From contig NIVC01003539.1 in NCBI GenBank assembly GCA_002269645.1, forward strand, positions 28,224 through 92,223: DNA of 64,000 bases, given 5' to 3'. The translations under genes were made by a program, and so were the position numbers. Under the pieces are notes generated by a model. That model made no database searches, was not told where the DNA came from, and was given only the letters and a program-made list of their open reading frames with translations. Source of the stretch: Macrostomum lignano (lineage: Eukaryota). This document shows, piece by piece, positions 14,365-28,036 of the stretch; positions within the stretch are counted from its first letter, which is position 1; the number at the start of each line of letters is the position of its first letter.

Positions 14365-15467
14365 TCAATCATTTATCTGATTTTGCGCAGACCGGCAGAG
14401 GCAGCGAATTCTGCGACTGGCCAACAGGCCGCCCGGCCCGGCGCCAACATGGTTGAGCTTGTCGCGCAGAGACTGCCTGGCAGATCTGGCCAGCTCTTGG
14501 CCGGCTTTGTAGTTGCCGCGGGCCTTCTCAACAACGTTGGGAAACATCTGGCTGAGCACGTGCATGAAGCCGCGGTTCGTGTCCTCCACCCGCTTGGCGT
14601 AGCTGCTAATGAAGAAATTGTTTGCCTTGCGCTGGAGCCAGTCTGACACGCGGACAGTGTGCCGGATGCGGACGGTTTTCAGCACCTGGCGCAGGTGGAG
14701 TGGGACAGACAAATAAAGCTTATGACTGAATTTATTGAGAAACGGTGTGCGATAAGCAGAGTGTAAAGGGGGTGGGTCAGAGGATCGGGGGTGGGTGATA
14801 AGCAGAGTGTAAAGGGGTGGGTCAGAGGATCGGGGGTGGGTGATAAGCAGAGTGTACATATGGCTGGGGCAGGGGATTGTGGGGTGGGTGATAAGCAGAG
14901 TGTACATATGGCTGGGGCAGGGGATTGGGGTGGGTGATAAGCAGAGTGTACATGGGGCTGGGGCAGGGGATTGTGGGGTGGGTGATAAGCAGAGTGTACA
15001 TATGGCTGGGGCAGGGAATTTGGGGGTATTTGATAAGCCAAGTGTACATGGGGCTGGGTCAGGAGATTGTGGGGTGGGTGGATGGACATAGAGCTCACCC
15101 GAGTCTCATCCCCACACGGAGTGTAGTGCACGGTCTCGGTGAAAACGCCCAGCCGAGTGAGCAGTCCGATATTCCTTGTGGTTGTGACAATAGACTTGGC
15201 AGCCGGATCGATAACCGAGTCTTCAACAATGTACTCGCACATGCTGGTCAGGGATTTCAAATACCAGGGCAGCGCGCCGGGGGATCTCTGTTTAACTAAC
15301 AGTCGGCGGGTGTGCAAACAGCCGTCCACAATGCGCCTGTCGACAACGTCCTCTGCGACAATATGCTTAGCGTAGGGATTAGGATAGCGCCGCCAAAACG
15401 CCAGACAGACCCGTTCCCAGCTGAATGGCAGGCGCTGCGTCACTGATAGATGGCCGCTGTCCGCCAT
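14365..15467 (-). CDS. PRELI/MSF1-domain mitochondrial lipid-transfer protein (PRELID1-like)
   Basis: Exons 15467-15099 and 14685-14365 (phase 0). WERVCLAFWRRYPNPYAKHIVAEDVVDR...LHTRRLLVK...YIVEDSVIDP...TTTRNI matches the PRELI signature. Confidence 0.88.
14745..15080. repeat. 40-48-bp minisatellite filling the PRELI intron
   Basis: GGGTGGGTGATAAGCAGAGTGTA units. Confidence 0.93.
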
Positions 15468-15589
15468 GCTTAGACAGGGCAGTCGCCTCTCACTGCAATG
15501 CAATAATTAGGGTTTGTGACGGCAGTAAAGTTTAACCCAAATCCATTGTTTTGCAAAATATACTCCTAATCTACCTTAATCCTATCCCC

Positions 15590-16060
15590 TCCAATATACA
15601 CACCACACTCTTTAACCACCTCAACACCCCCAATGTACACCACACTGCTTAACCGACTAAAACTGCCCCCGATGTACACACCACACTGCTTAACCGACTC
15701 AAAACTGCACCCAATGTACACACCACACTCCTTAACCGACTCAAAGCTGCCCCCAATGTACACCACACTCCTTAACCGCCTCAACACTTCTCTAATGTAC
15801 ACACCACACTCCTTAACCGCCTCAACACCCCTAATGTACACACCACACTCCTTAACCGACTCAAAACTGCCTCCAATGTACACCACACTCCTTAACAGAC
15901 TCAAAACTGCCTCCAATGTACACCACACTCCTTAACCGACTCAAAACTGCCTCCAATGTACACCACACTAATTAACCGACTCAAAACTGCCTCCAATGTA
16001 CACCACACTAATTAACCGACTCAAAACTGCCTCCAATGTACACCACACTCCTAAACCGCC
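15590..16060. repeat. 40-bp minisatellite AATGTACACCACACTCCTTAACCGACTCAAAACTGCCTCC
   Basis: Tandem units. Confidence 0.95.
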
Positions 16061-16714
16061 TTTACTCTAATAGTGCAAATGTATGATACTGCAATCAGAC
16101 ACTAGAACTAGAACCAACTGTTTAGAAGAGTAAATAAGTAAAGCAAAACAGTGTTACATATCTCACAAAATAGGATAAAATTTCTTTCACCGAGAGCGAT
16201 TGTGCAGACATGAATAGTACACAATGCACTTTCTGTTTGAAAATAGCAAACTAATTAAATCATGCGACTAAAATTAAAAGCCACAATTAGGTTGACAAAT
16301 TCTAATTGGGCAAGCGCTTTAATAATATTTGACAGGCCAATAAGCTACTTGAACAATAATTTGATACTTGCTTAAAATTATGAATATACGAGCGTAAAAT
16401 CACAGTGGCTGAAACTACTTTCAATTTGGAATAAAATATGTTATCAATAGTTGCAAAAAGTCTTTCCCATGACAAAATATCGAAAAAAAACTTTTTGCTA
16501 TTGTCAATGGTCGCCCTTCAAATGGTTTCGAAGCTAAAGAAAAACTGCATTGCTTTAAAAACAGGGAATGAAAACACATTAGCATAATTCGTAAGTTATT
16601 ATTAAAGTAAATTGCACGTAAATTGCACGCACTAACCTAATCAGGAAAGCCGAATAGTCGATATTTTATCAGACACAAGAAACAAGGGTAAGCCGCGACA
16701 GGCGAGGGTTTGCC

Positions 16715-17660
16715 GGGAGCGAGTGTACGCTGGGGATAGAGTGGAGTGAAATTGATGGGTGGGAGCGAGAGTACACTGGGATAGAGTAAAGTGAAATTGA
16801 GGGGTGGGAGCGAGTGTACACTAGGGATAGAGTAAAGTGAAATTGAGGGTGGGAGCGAGTGTACACTAGGGGATAGAGTGAAGTGAAATTGAGGGTGGGA
16901 GCAAGTGCACGCTGACGATAGAGTGGAGTGAAATTGAGGGTTGGAGCGACTGTATGCTGGGGATAGGTAAAATTGAGGGGTTGGAGCGAGTGTACACTGG
17001 GGATAGAGTGGCGTGAAATTGAGGGGTTGGAGCGAGTGTACACTGGGGATAGAGTGGGGTGAAATTGAGGGGTTGGAGCGAGTGTACACTGGGGATAGAG
17101 TGGCGTGAAATTGAGGGGTTGGAGCGAGTGTACACTGGGGATAGAGTAAAGTGAAATTGAGGGGTTGGAGCGACTGTACGCTGGGGATAGAGTAAAGTGA
17201 AATTGAGGGGTTGGAGCGAGTGTACACTGGGGATAGAGTGGGGTGAAATTGAGGGGTTGGAGCGAGTGTACACTGGGGATAGAGTGGCGTGAAATTGAGG
17301 GGTTGGAGCGAGAGTACGCTGGGGATAGAGTGGGGTGAAATTGAGGGGTTGGAGCGAGTGTACACTGGGGATAGAGTGGGGTGAAATTGAGGGGTTGGAG
17401 CGAGTGTACACTGAGGATAGAGTGGCGTGAAATAGCGACTGTACGCTGGGGATAGAGTAAAGTGAAATTGAGGGGTGGAGCGAGAGTACACTGGGGATAG
17501 AGTGGGGTGAAATTGAGGGGTTGGAGCGAGTGTACACTGGGGATAGAGTGGGGTGAAATTGAGGGGTTGGAGCGAGTGTACACTGGGGATAGAGTGGGGT
17601 GAAATTGAGGGGTTGGAGCGAGTGTACACTGAGGATAGAGTGAAGGAAATTGAGGGGTAC
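16715..17660. repeat. About 46-bp G-rich minisatellite
   Basis: GGGGATAGAGTGGGGTGAAATTGAGGGGTTGGAGCGAGTGTACACT units. Confidence 0.96.
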
Positions 17661-18181
17661 ACTGCGAAAGGGTACACAAACAATGTAGTGAAGAAAATGA
17701 AAACTAGATTCTTGCAGAGGCCTTAGACTTCAGTTAGGATTTCATGGCAATTATTAAGTAGCGGTTAAATGGTTAAATGAGTTGTTGAAAGATTCGATAT
17801 AATTTTAAAAGTAAAAGTTGACTATGCTATTTTTTCAAAATCGAACATAGCCGAACAAAAAGCATAATAAATGTTTATCAAATTTGCGGAAAAAATAAAA
17901 CTAATTATCAATAAATTTGGCAGATACAATCAGGGTAAGTGAAACACGTGTCATCTTTGCATTTTCTTCAAATTCTGCGCAACAAAAAATCATAACTAAG
18001 TAGCGAATTAAATAGCTACACGTCGCAATTACAAATACAAAGCGAGGAGAAAAAACAGGCATTACAATTAGACGCAAAGCGAACCAGTTGAAAGTCCCAT
18101 CTTTCGACAGGTAAAAAACGACAGTTTAAAAATCCTCATTGAAAGGAAAGCACAGCAGACTAAGGCCCAGCCGCCGCCAGT

Positions 18182-21100
18182 TCACAGCGATCCCCGAATC
18201 AGGTTGCCATCATCGAAGCTGAACTGCACCGCCTTCTTGCCGCCTTCAGCCACGGCAGCGACAGCCGCCGACGTGGCCGCGGTGGCCAGACGAACGCCGC
18301 CGACTCGGCGACGCCGCCTAACCGAGGAACCGGCACGGCGGGGCACGTCGACGCCCAACTGATCGTCGCCCGATTCGTCATCGGCGGCGCCGGCATCCAT
18401 GTCGTCGTCAACGCCGCCGAATAGCTCGGGATCGCTAAAGTGCTGCGGCTCATCCTGCAACGCACCGTCGCCACCGACACCGCTGCCGATGATGCCGTTG
18501 TCGACAGCGTCGTTCTGCTGGCTGCCAGCCGGTATTTTATCGCCATTTTCACCGACATTATCGTCGTAATCTTCGTCGGAGTTGCTCGTCGAACTGCTGG
18601 AATCGTCGTCAAGGCAACCGTCCGACCACACTACCGGGCTTCTCCGTCCGAGTCGTTTAGCGCCAGCCGGGCACCTCGGCCGCCGCTGCCGCCTCCGCCG
18701 CCGCCAGCGGGGTTGTCAATGCGGCAGAGCATCTCGGCCAGGTCGGTGAAGCGCAGAGAAGGCGGCGCCTGCTCCTCCGGCGCGGTGGCGGCCACGGCTG
18801 CGGCGGCGGCCGCTGCGGCGGTGGCAGCAGCATTGGGATTGGTTGAGGATGCCAGGGATCGGACTGTTGGCGGCTGATCTGCAATGGCCGAAGTCGGGAT
18901 GTTCGGTAATTCGGGAGGATGTTCGGGAGGTTGCAGGTAACACAGGTAGAATAGGAAAGAATTTACTCGCCAAAAAGTCATCAAAAAGTCGCCTAAGATT
19001 AAATTTCAAGGGTTTTTATTGTGTGCGACTCTGAAACAACTCCGGGGACCGTAGACTCGTGTCTGGAGTCGCTAAAGAATCGCTGAGTTGCGTCTAAAGC
19101 GCATCTGCGTCACTTTAATGAATCAGAATCGCATTTCAGATTTTTAACAACTCAATGGTAGAAAGTTGAGCGCTAATACGACTTTTGGACGACTTTTTAG
19201 GCACTCTTACGATTCTGCAACTCACACGATGCCCTAGTGACTCAACAGTCGCCTCTCAGTCGCATTGCAGTCGCCCATCCTCGCATATATTTGCCCACAC
19301 CAATCATTAGCAATCTGAAGTTACCAACAAGCCGCACAAAAGGTTGAAAAGAACACATTACCAGTCAGAGTAGCCACAAACTTGGGGCCTGTTGCAATGC
19401 TTGCTTGCTCCCAAGGTACAGCTTGTGTTAAGCACAATATCATGAAAACTCACCTGTCGTTTAAACACCGGCAGCTTTTTAGATCGGCTCCACTTGGTAA
19501 TGGCGTCCAATGCGTAGCGATAGCCGACCTGGTAGATTTCTTCAAACGAGCCGAATTGCAGAGTGGCGTATCGTTCAATTGGCGGCCGCAGGTATTCGCA
19601 CAGGCCGTCAGATTTCACGCGCTCCAATTGGCGAACGCAGGACACGTACGCCAGACGGGACTGGATCTCGGTCAGGTTCGGCACGTTCACCTGATTGGGC
19701 GAAGTGATGCATTACACAACCTGATTGCGAAACTTAGCTAAGACAATGGAACAACTGCTGTCCTAAATAAGCTAATTGAGCTCCAGTGTGACATAGATAA
19801 GCTAATTGAGCTCCAGTACAGGTAAGCTAATAGAGCTCCAGTACAGGTAAGCTAACTGAGCTCCAGTGTGACATAGATAAGCTAATTGAGCTCCAGTACA
19901 GGTAAGCTAATAGAGCTCCAGTACAGGTAAGCTAACTGAGCTCCAGTGTGACATAGATAAGCTAATTGAGCTCCAGTACAGGTAAGCTAACTGAGCTCCA
20001 GTGTGACATAGATAAGCTAATTGAGCTCCAGTACAGGTAAGCTAATTGAGCTTCAGTGTAACACAGGTAAGCTAATTGAGCTCCAGTGTCACACAGGCAA
20101 GCTAATTGAGCTCCAGTATCATACAGGTAAGCTAATTGAGCTCCAGTGTCACACAGGTAAGCTAATTGAGCTCCAGTGTCACACAGGCAAGCTAATTGAG
20201 CTCCAGTGTCACACAGGCAAGCTAATTGAGCTCCAGTATCATACAGGTAAGCTAATTGAGCTCCAGTGTCACACAGGTAAGCTAATTGAGCTTCAGTGTC
20301 ACACAGGCAAGCTAATTGAGCTCCAGTATCATACAGGTAAGCTAATTGAGCTCCAGTGTCACACAGGTAAGCTAATTGAGCTCCAGTGTCACACAGTCAA
20401 GCTAATTGAGCTCCAGTGTCATATAGATAAGCTAATTAAGCTCCAGTGTCATATAGATAAGCTAATTAAGCTCCAGTGTCATATAGATAAGCTAATTGAG
20501 CTCCAGTGTCACACAGATAAGCCAATCAAGCGGGTGTCACGGGTGAGCTAATTAAACAACAGTCGCATATAGCCATGCATCAAACTAAATAGACGGAGAA
20601 GGTCGCACCTTGGCGGCAAACGGATTAATCCGCTTGTACAGCAGCCACCAGCCGGACAGCTCGTCTCCATAATTAGTCAAATTAGTCTCATCCTGCGACC
20701 CGACATCCACAGCGAAGATAGTAGACGGGGCAAACTTAGTTTTCATCACATCGGCCGGCAGGTTGTTGACGTAGCCGCCGTCTAGGAGCAAGTTGCCGCT
20801 GGCCGGGTCGCACAGGGGCGGCAGGTAGCCGCTCAGAGACATGCTGGCTCGAACGTAGCGCCACAACGAGCCGCTGGTGTGAACTCGCATCTGCGATTTA
20901 GTAATATCAGTAGTGATGCAGAAATATGGCAGCCACAGGTCCTCGATGCAACGATCGCCAAACACAGATTCGATGCCGCGGTTGAATGCCCGGCCAGTGA
21001 ACATTGCAGTCTGAGGATAGGTGAGATCCACCAGCTTGTTCCACAGCGAGCTCATCTCTTTAGAGAACTGCCGAGCCCTGGCTTCGAAGCCTTCTAGACG

Positions 21101-23005
21101 GGTCTCCTCAGCCCACAGGGCGCCCATGAACGAGCCGATGCTGGTGCCGCCAACCATGTCGATGGGATGCCGTGCTCAGTGAGTGCGCGCACAATGCCAA
21201 CGTGAGCGATGCCTCTGGCGCCGCCGCCGCCCAGTACCAGGCCTACCGCTGTGTTGGTGACCACTCGGGCCAGACGGGAAATGTCCGACATCGGGTCTGG
21301 CGGCTCGGCGAATACGCGTCTGCGGAGGCGAGATTGCTGCTCATTGTTGGGGCTGATCAGAATCATGAGCAAATGGCATTTTGGGGGCAGAGGCTGGGGT
21401 AGTTGATGTACATTTGTGGGCAGAGACTGGGGTAGGTGTTAATACATTTGGGGGCAGAGGATGGGGTAGGGGTTAATGCACATTTGGGGGCAGAGGCTGG
21501 GGTAGGGGTTAATGTACATTTGGGGGCAGAGGCTGGGGTAGGGGTTAATGTACATTTGGGGGCAGAGGCTGGAGTAGGGGTTAATGTACATTTGGGGCAG
21601 AGGCAGGGGTAGTTAATGTACATTTGGGGCAGAGGCTGGGGTAGGGGTCAATGTACATTTGGGGGCAGAGGCTGGGGTAGGGGTCAATGTACATTTGGGG
21701 GCAGAGGCTGGGGTAGTTAATGTACATTTGGGGCAGAGGCTAGGTAGGAGTAAGTGTACACCCGGGGTAGGAGTTCAAGGAAAGGAAAGGCGGTAGAGTC
21801 GCATCTTAGTCGCCCCCCCCCCCAGAAGGCAAACTCAGAGCAAACCGAGAACAGCAATGTAGACAAGGCGATCACCTGTAAACCTCGAGCAGCCGGCTGG
21901 AGCTGGCACAGGCTCCGGCGCCGCGCCTACGGCTAAACATTCGACGCGGGGCGCGCACGTGCAGGTGCTGTTGAATCACCAGACGATTGTCACCGAGGGG
22001 CTCGGAGGCGCGACTTAAAAACTCGCCAGTTTTTCCTGCAGTGGGCGCGTCGTTATGTCAATGTCTCAATGATCCGTTCATTAAAATGCACTACTGACTG
22101 TCTGTCTGCCTGTCTATCTATTTAGGTCAAAAAGTCCACTGTGACTGCAGGAATGTGGTGTATGCCATTATGTGCAAGACTTGCAATGACCGCTGTATCT
22201 ACGTAGGTGAGAGAGGAGGCGCTCTTAAAGTCAGACTTTAAGCTCACCTGAGCGACATCAGACTGGCTAAGGACACCCCAATCTCCAGACACTTTCGGTC
22301 ACCAAACCACAGTATTCACGACCTCCGCTTTATGGGTCTGTGGTACCTCAGTACTGAGTGCCTGGCCACTAAAGAGGGCGCTCAACGCAGGCGAGGAATA
22401 TGGAGCAGAAGCTCATCGCTTTACTACAGACTCAGACTCCGGCAGGTTTAAACACCGTCATCATTGAAAAAGACGCCTGCATCCCAATAGTGATCTGTTT
22501 CACGGACCACTCTGGGCGAGTTGTTCATCAAATTCGCACGGCCATTTCGAACCACGCTGCAGAGCTGGATACAGTGGCTGCCTATACTCGCTCTCGCTCA
22601 TTAAAGGACATTCTATGTCCATCCAATCTGCCCGCCGGAACTAATGGTCAGTCTCGAAACTCAAACCTCTTTTCTGATGAGCACTAGATGTACAGGTGTA
22701 CACACGCATTGCAACGTAACGCTCCAACCATATTGATCATTTTATTTTACACGTGGTTTTTTATATACTCACTATAAATACTCAACTCTGTTTTAATTTA
22801 CCCACTTTCACTGATTTTTATTTACAATATACCCTGACGAAGACCCGGTTCGGGTCGAAAATTTGTTTTTTTTCTTGGAATTTAATTGGAGAAATTGTGA
22901 CTTTGCTTCAACTGTATGCGTGGTTTCCTTTCGCCTTATCTATTTATCTATCTATCTATCTATCTATCTATCCATCTATCTATCTATCTACAGTGTATCT
23001 ATCCA

Positions 23006-23044
<39 letters not shown>

Positions 23045-26000
23045 GTCTGCCCGCCAGTCTCACCAGGCGTGGGATAGAGCGTGCTCTCCTTATGCAGCAG
23101 AATGAGCATGTTGAGCACTCGGCAAGAATCGGGCAGCACTACCTGCCGCACGTGATCCATAGTTTCAACTCTATCGCTGGCCAGGGCCACAATTAGCACA
23201 CAATCGGCCTGCCGAATGCACCGCTTAGTCCAGGCGGTCTTGTCCAGGTCGCAGAGGTACAGCAGCAACCGGTGATCGTCCTCCTGCTGAGCCAGCCAGC
23301 TGGTGACCCGGTACTCCTGGTCGCGATCGAATGCTCTGCGACCGAATCGTTTGAGCATGATGCGGGAGTTGAGGCGCAGACTGGCCCCGATGGTTGACAT
23401 GGCGTGCTGCAGCTCCAGGGAGAATGCTTCTAGGGGCACCTGGGGAGAATTGCAGATGAGAAATTTGAATGATTGAATCGGTATCGAAATAACCTCACTC
23501 ATTCAGCAGCCTCTCAAATAGCTTGGCTTCCATAGCTACCTCACTCATTCAGCAGCCTCTCAACCAGCTTGGCTTCCATAGCTACCTCACTCACTCAGCA
23601 GCCTCTCAATCAGCTTGGATTCCATAGCTATCTCACTCACTCAGCAGCCTCTCAATCAGCTTGGCTTCCATAGCTACCTCACTCATTCAGCAGCCTCTCA
23701 ACTACTAGCTTGGATTCCATAGCTACCTCACTCATTCAGCAGCCTCTCAACTACTAGCTTGGATTCCATAGCTACCTCACTCATTCAGCAGCCTCTCAAC
23801 CAGCTTGGCTTCCATAGCTACCTCACTCATTCAGCAGCCTCTCAACCAGCTTGGATTCCATAGCTACCTCACTCATTCAGCAGCCTCTCAACTACTAGCT
23901 TGGATTCCATAGCTACCTCACTCATTCAGCAGCCTCTCAACCAGCTTGGCTTCCATAGCTACCTCACTCATTCAGCAGCCTCTCAAATAGCTTTGATTTT
24001 ATAGCTACCTCACTCATTCAGCAGCCTCTCAAATAGCTTGAGCTATTTACCTTAGTGCTAGCTGGGAACAGGGCCACAGAACGCAGGTTGGACATTGGCA
24101 AACGGTACAGCTCGAACTCTCGCCCAGTCCTAGACTCAGGATTGTCAACAATATTGCCAAGAAGCCATTGCGACACCAGAGTGGTGAGTCGGGTCACTAT
24201 ATACGGATGACGCCGCTTGATGTTGTCCAGCAGGTCAACCGGGATGGCGGCCAGTTCGCTGTCCCGTACGGCCAGCACGGTGGTGGCTCTGGGCCTGGCG
24301 GTGAACACTTCTAAGAAACCAACCAGATCGCCCCTGCCCAGCTCGGCTGTGAGCTCCTTGTGACCCTGAGGAGTTGTGTGTGCCTGGCGAAGGCGGCCGT
24401 GCAACAGCAAGTAGACAGCGTTGGCGATGTCGCCCTGCAAGGCGGAGAATAGCCAGATAGCAGTTGTGTACTTTTAAATAGACTGGACTTCAGCTTAGAT
24501 AATAGTTATTAGCTGAATACTAACCGCAATCAACTCTGCTTAACTTGGAGGTGCTAACTCGTGTCTAGAGTCGGCTGTAGAATCACTGAGTTGCGTCTAA
24601 CTAAAGCACATCTGCGTCGCTTAATGAAGAAGAATCGCATTTCACATTTATAGCAACTCTATTTAGTCTACTTGAGTAAGTAGAAAGTTAAGCGCTAGCA
24701 CAACGACTCTTAAACGACTTTTTCTACGGTCTTAAAGCTCACGTGATGCCCTAGTGACTCAACAATCGCCTCTCAGTCGCATTGCAGTCGTTTGAGTCAG
24801 TCAAAAAAGTCACAAGAGCCGGCCCAGAGTTGCCTGAGTCACTACTGAGCTGTTTTCAACGGGATATGCTTTTACACTACTGTCAGTAGTTTTAGCCAGG
24901 GAAAATATTTCTGGTAGGGCTAGATCGCAAATTTTGGGCTTCCTTATAATTATCGAGCAGTTGAAGCTCTGGGTAAAGAAAAGTTGCCAGTCTTGGAACT
25001 TTGTAAGCCGAACTAAGGCAGTTAGAAGAAGTAAGGTAAGACTGGTGAAAAGGCTAGGGAATGCGTAAAACTGTTAAGGGTAGTCTATGCCTAATTTATA
25101 TTGCACAACTAAGAGTTAACTATTGTAAGAACTATTGCATGCTTAAATCCTACATTTTTTCCGTTTTACATCTTTGGGTGTCCTGACTCAATTCTTTGAT
25201 CTCTAAGTATCTAGGATTAGAGAAATCACGAGCCTGGTAGAAGCAATCTACCAAAACTCAAACCAGTTATAATCCATTAAGCATAACAATAACAAGCAGT
25301 AGCCTAAGCCGCAAACCACACTTTTCCATAAATATTTCCAAGAGCCTAACCTGCTTATAGAGCGGCTTGCCAGACTCCAGGCAGAGCCAGTCCAGCACAA
25401 AGTCCACCTGTCTGAGAAACGGCGACAGTCGTCTAACAATTAAACTGGCCAGCGGCAGCACCAGACTGGGCTGGGCCCGCATCAGGGCGTAGAAATTCCG
25501 GCTGCTGATGGCGGCCACGCAGGCGTCGGCTTCGCAGCGGACGGTGAAGAGCGACGCCTCGCCAGTGAGAATAGCGATCATGCCGCAGAGCTCGCCAGGA
25601 CCGGCCGAGTAGAGCAGTCTGGAGCCCTGGTAGCCCTGGAGCGCGGGATGAAAAATCATATGGAAGGCTAGCAGGGGTCAGTGGCAACGTGATTCAAGGG
25701 GTCAACAGGGTTCAATGATAGATGGAGTAACGGAGTTCAATGGGAAACGCTGATCAATTGGTTATGGGTAATGGTAATGGGCTCAATGGAACAAAAGGAG
25801 CTAAGGGGTTAACGGGGGTCGAAGACAAAAAAGGTCAAAGGGATAACGGGGGTTAAGGGGACAAAGGAGCCAAGGATTTAACGGGGGTCCAAGACAAAGA
25901 AGGTCAAGGGGGGTAACGGGGGTCAAGGGGGACAAAAAGGGTCAAAGGGGTAAGAGGTCAAGAGGACAAGAGGTCAAGGGGGTAGGGGTCAAAGACGTCC

Positions 26001-27549
26001 CGTTCATGGGCTCATGGGTAACGTCAGTCAAGCAATGCTCAAGAAAGGATGACTCTGATAGGGAGAGCGAATGCTGAGGTCACTCATAATCACAAATGTA
26101 ATTGAGACCCGTGTCCAGACAGTTCGCAGAGGAACAGCCCACCTGCTGCGTCACAGCCAGCCTGCCAGTGACAACATAGAACAGCGTAGGCAAATGCTCG
26201 CCCTGCTTGGCCAGCTTGGCACCGGCGTGCACATTCGCCAGGCTGACCCGACCGTCCAGCAGGCTGGCATCGGACAGGCCAAACAGCTCGGCTAGGTCAG
26301 CCTGGGCAGCGGACAGCAGCTGCTCCTGACGGGCCGCCTCCGAGTCTTCTGGGCCTGCGAAAATAAAAAAACAGTTGGGTAATTGACTGTCTATGGACAC
26401 ACCCGGTTCCGACACTGCCCACAAACTCGACATTCCAAAACTAGCTTTCGACACACGACACTCCGACATTATCCGACACACTCAACATTTCGACATTCCG
26501 ACAAAATCTATCGGCACATTCGACATGATCAATCGACACACAAAACAATCCGACACTCGACATTCCGACACTATCCATCGACACTCGAGATTCCGACATT
26601 ATCCATCGACACTCGACATACCGACGCTATACATCGACACTCGACATACCGACACTATCCATGGACACACTCGACATTCCTACACTATCCATGGACACAC
26701 TGATTCTGATTCTGATCCCCGCGCAACAAATGTAGATGAGGGAAATCCTTACCATCCTGATCCTGTCGCGGTCTTCGCTGCTTCCGAAGTCGTTGAAAAG
26801 TGACAGGCGTGCCATCACGTCCGGCTCGCTGCTGCTGCTGCTGCTGATGCCGCAGGCGGTGCTGGTGATGCCCGACTCCGCCGCCACCGCTGCCAACAAT
26901 GCGCGGCGCCTCGCCCATAGCCAGCAGTGACCGGTCGCCCGAGCTTGCTCCGGCGCCGCCCTTTCCGTTGCCGTCCAATTCGCTGTCGGAGTCCTCGCTA
27001 TCCTCGCTAGTGAAGATGACACCCGGTCGGCCTTCGGTTCTATCCAAGTTTGTCGACGAAGCGCTGGCGGTCCGTCGGTGATGCTTCGACGTCCAGCGTC
27101 GGTCGTTGCGCCGCCTCCGCATGGCGGTCTCCTCGGCGGCGTCGAAGTCGGTGGGATCGCCTCGATCTGCCAGGCCCGAGTCGGAGCCGGCGGAATCCGC
27201 TGAGGCGGCGGTGGCAGACGGCGACTTCGACCGGGAGCGGCGGAACACCCGGATGGGAATGGCTGCCGACGGTGTGGGCGTCAGGACCGGTGGCGGCTTT
27301 GATGCCATCGGCACCGGCTGGGGCGCTGGAGTGCTGGAGCCGGGGGGGACGCCGGTTGCCGCTGCAGCCGAGGAGGCCAGGCTCAGCACCCGACAGCCGG
27401 ATGGCGCATGGGAGTCTGAGCTGACCAGCTCGCTAGTGAGTCCTAGGTAGCCGTTAAGCGCCTGTTTTGTGCAAGTTATACAGGCTGTAATAAGATACGG
27501 ATGGCAGACAGACAGACCGACACAAAGACAGAGACACACAGACACAGAC

Positions 27550-27612
<63 letters not shown>

Positions 27613-27637
27613 CACAGACAGACAGACAGACAGACAG

Positions 27638-27671
<34 letters not shown>

Positions 27672-27681
27672 AGAGAGACAC

Positions 27682-27728
<47 letters not shown>

Positions 27729-27777
27729 CACAGACAGACACACAGACAGACACACAGACAGACAGACAGACAGACAC

Positions 27778-27843
<66 letters not shown>

Positions 27844-27853
27844 AGAGAGACAC

Positions 27854-27932
<79 letters not shown>

Positions 27933-27977
27933 CACAGACAGACACACAGACACACAGACAGACACACAGACAGACAC

Positions 27978-28036
<59 letters not shown>

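Noticed and set aside
26627-27022. Alternative frame for the end of the NTE exon at 27461-26753
   Set aside because: It gives phase 0 at the 26752 donor, whereas the next exon needs phase 1.
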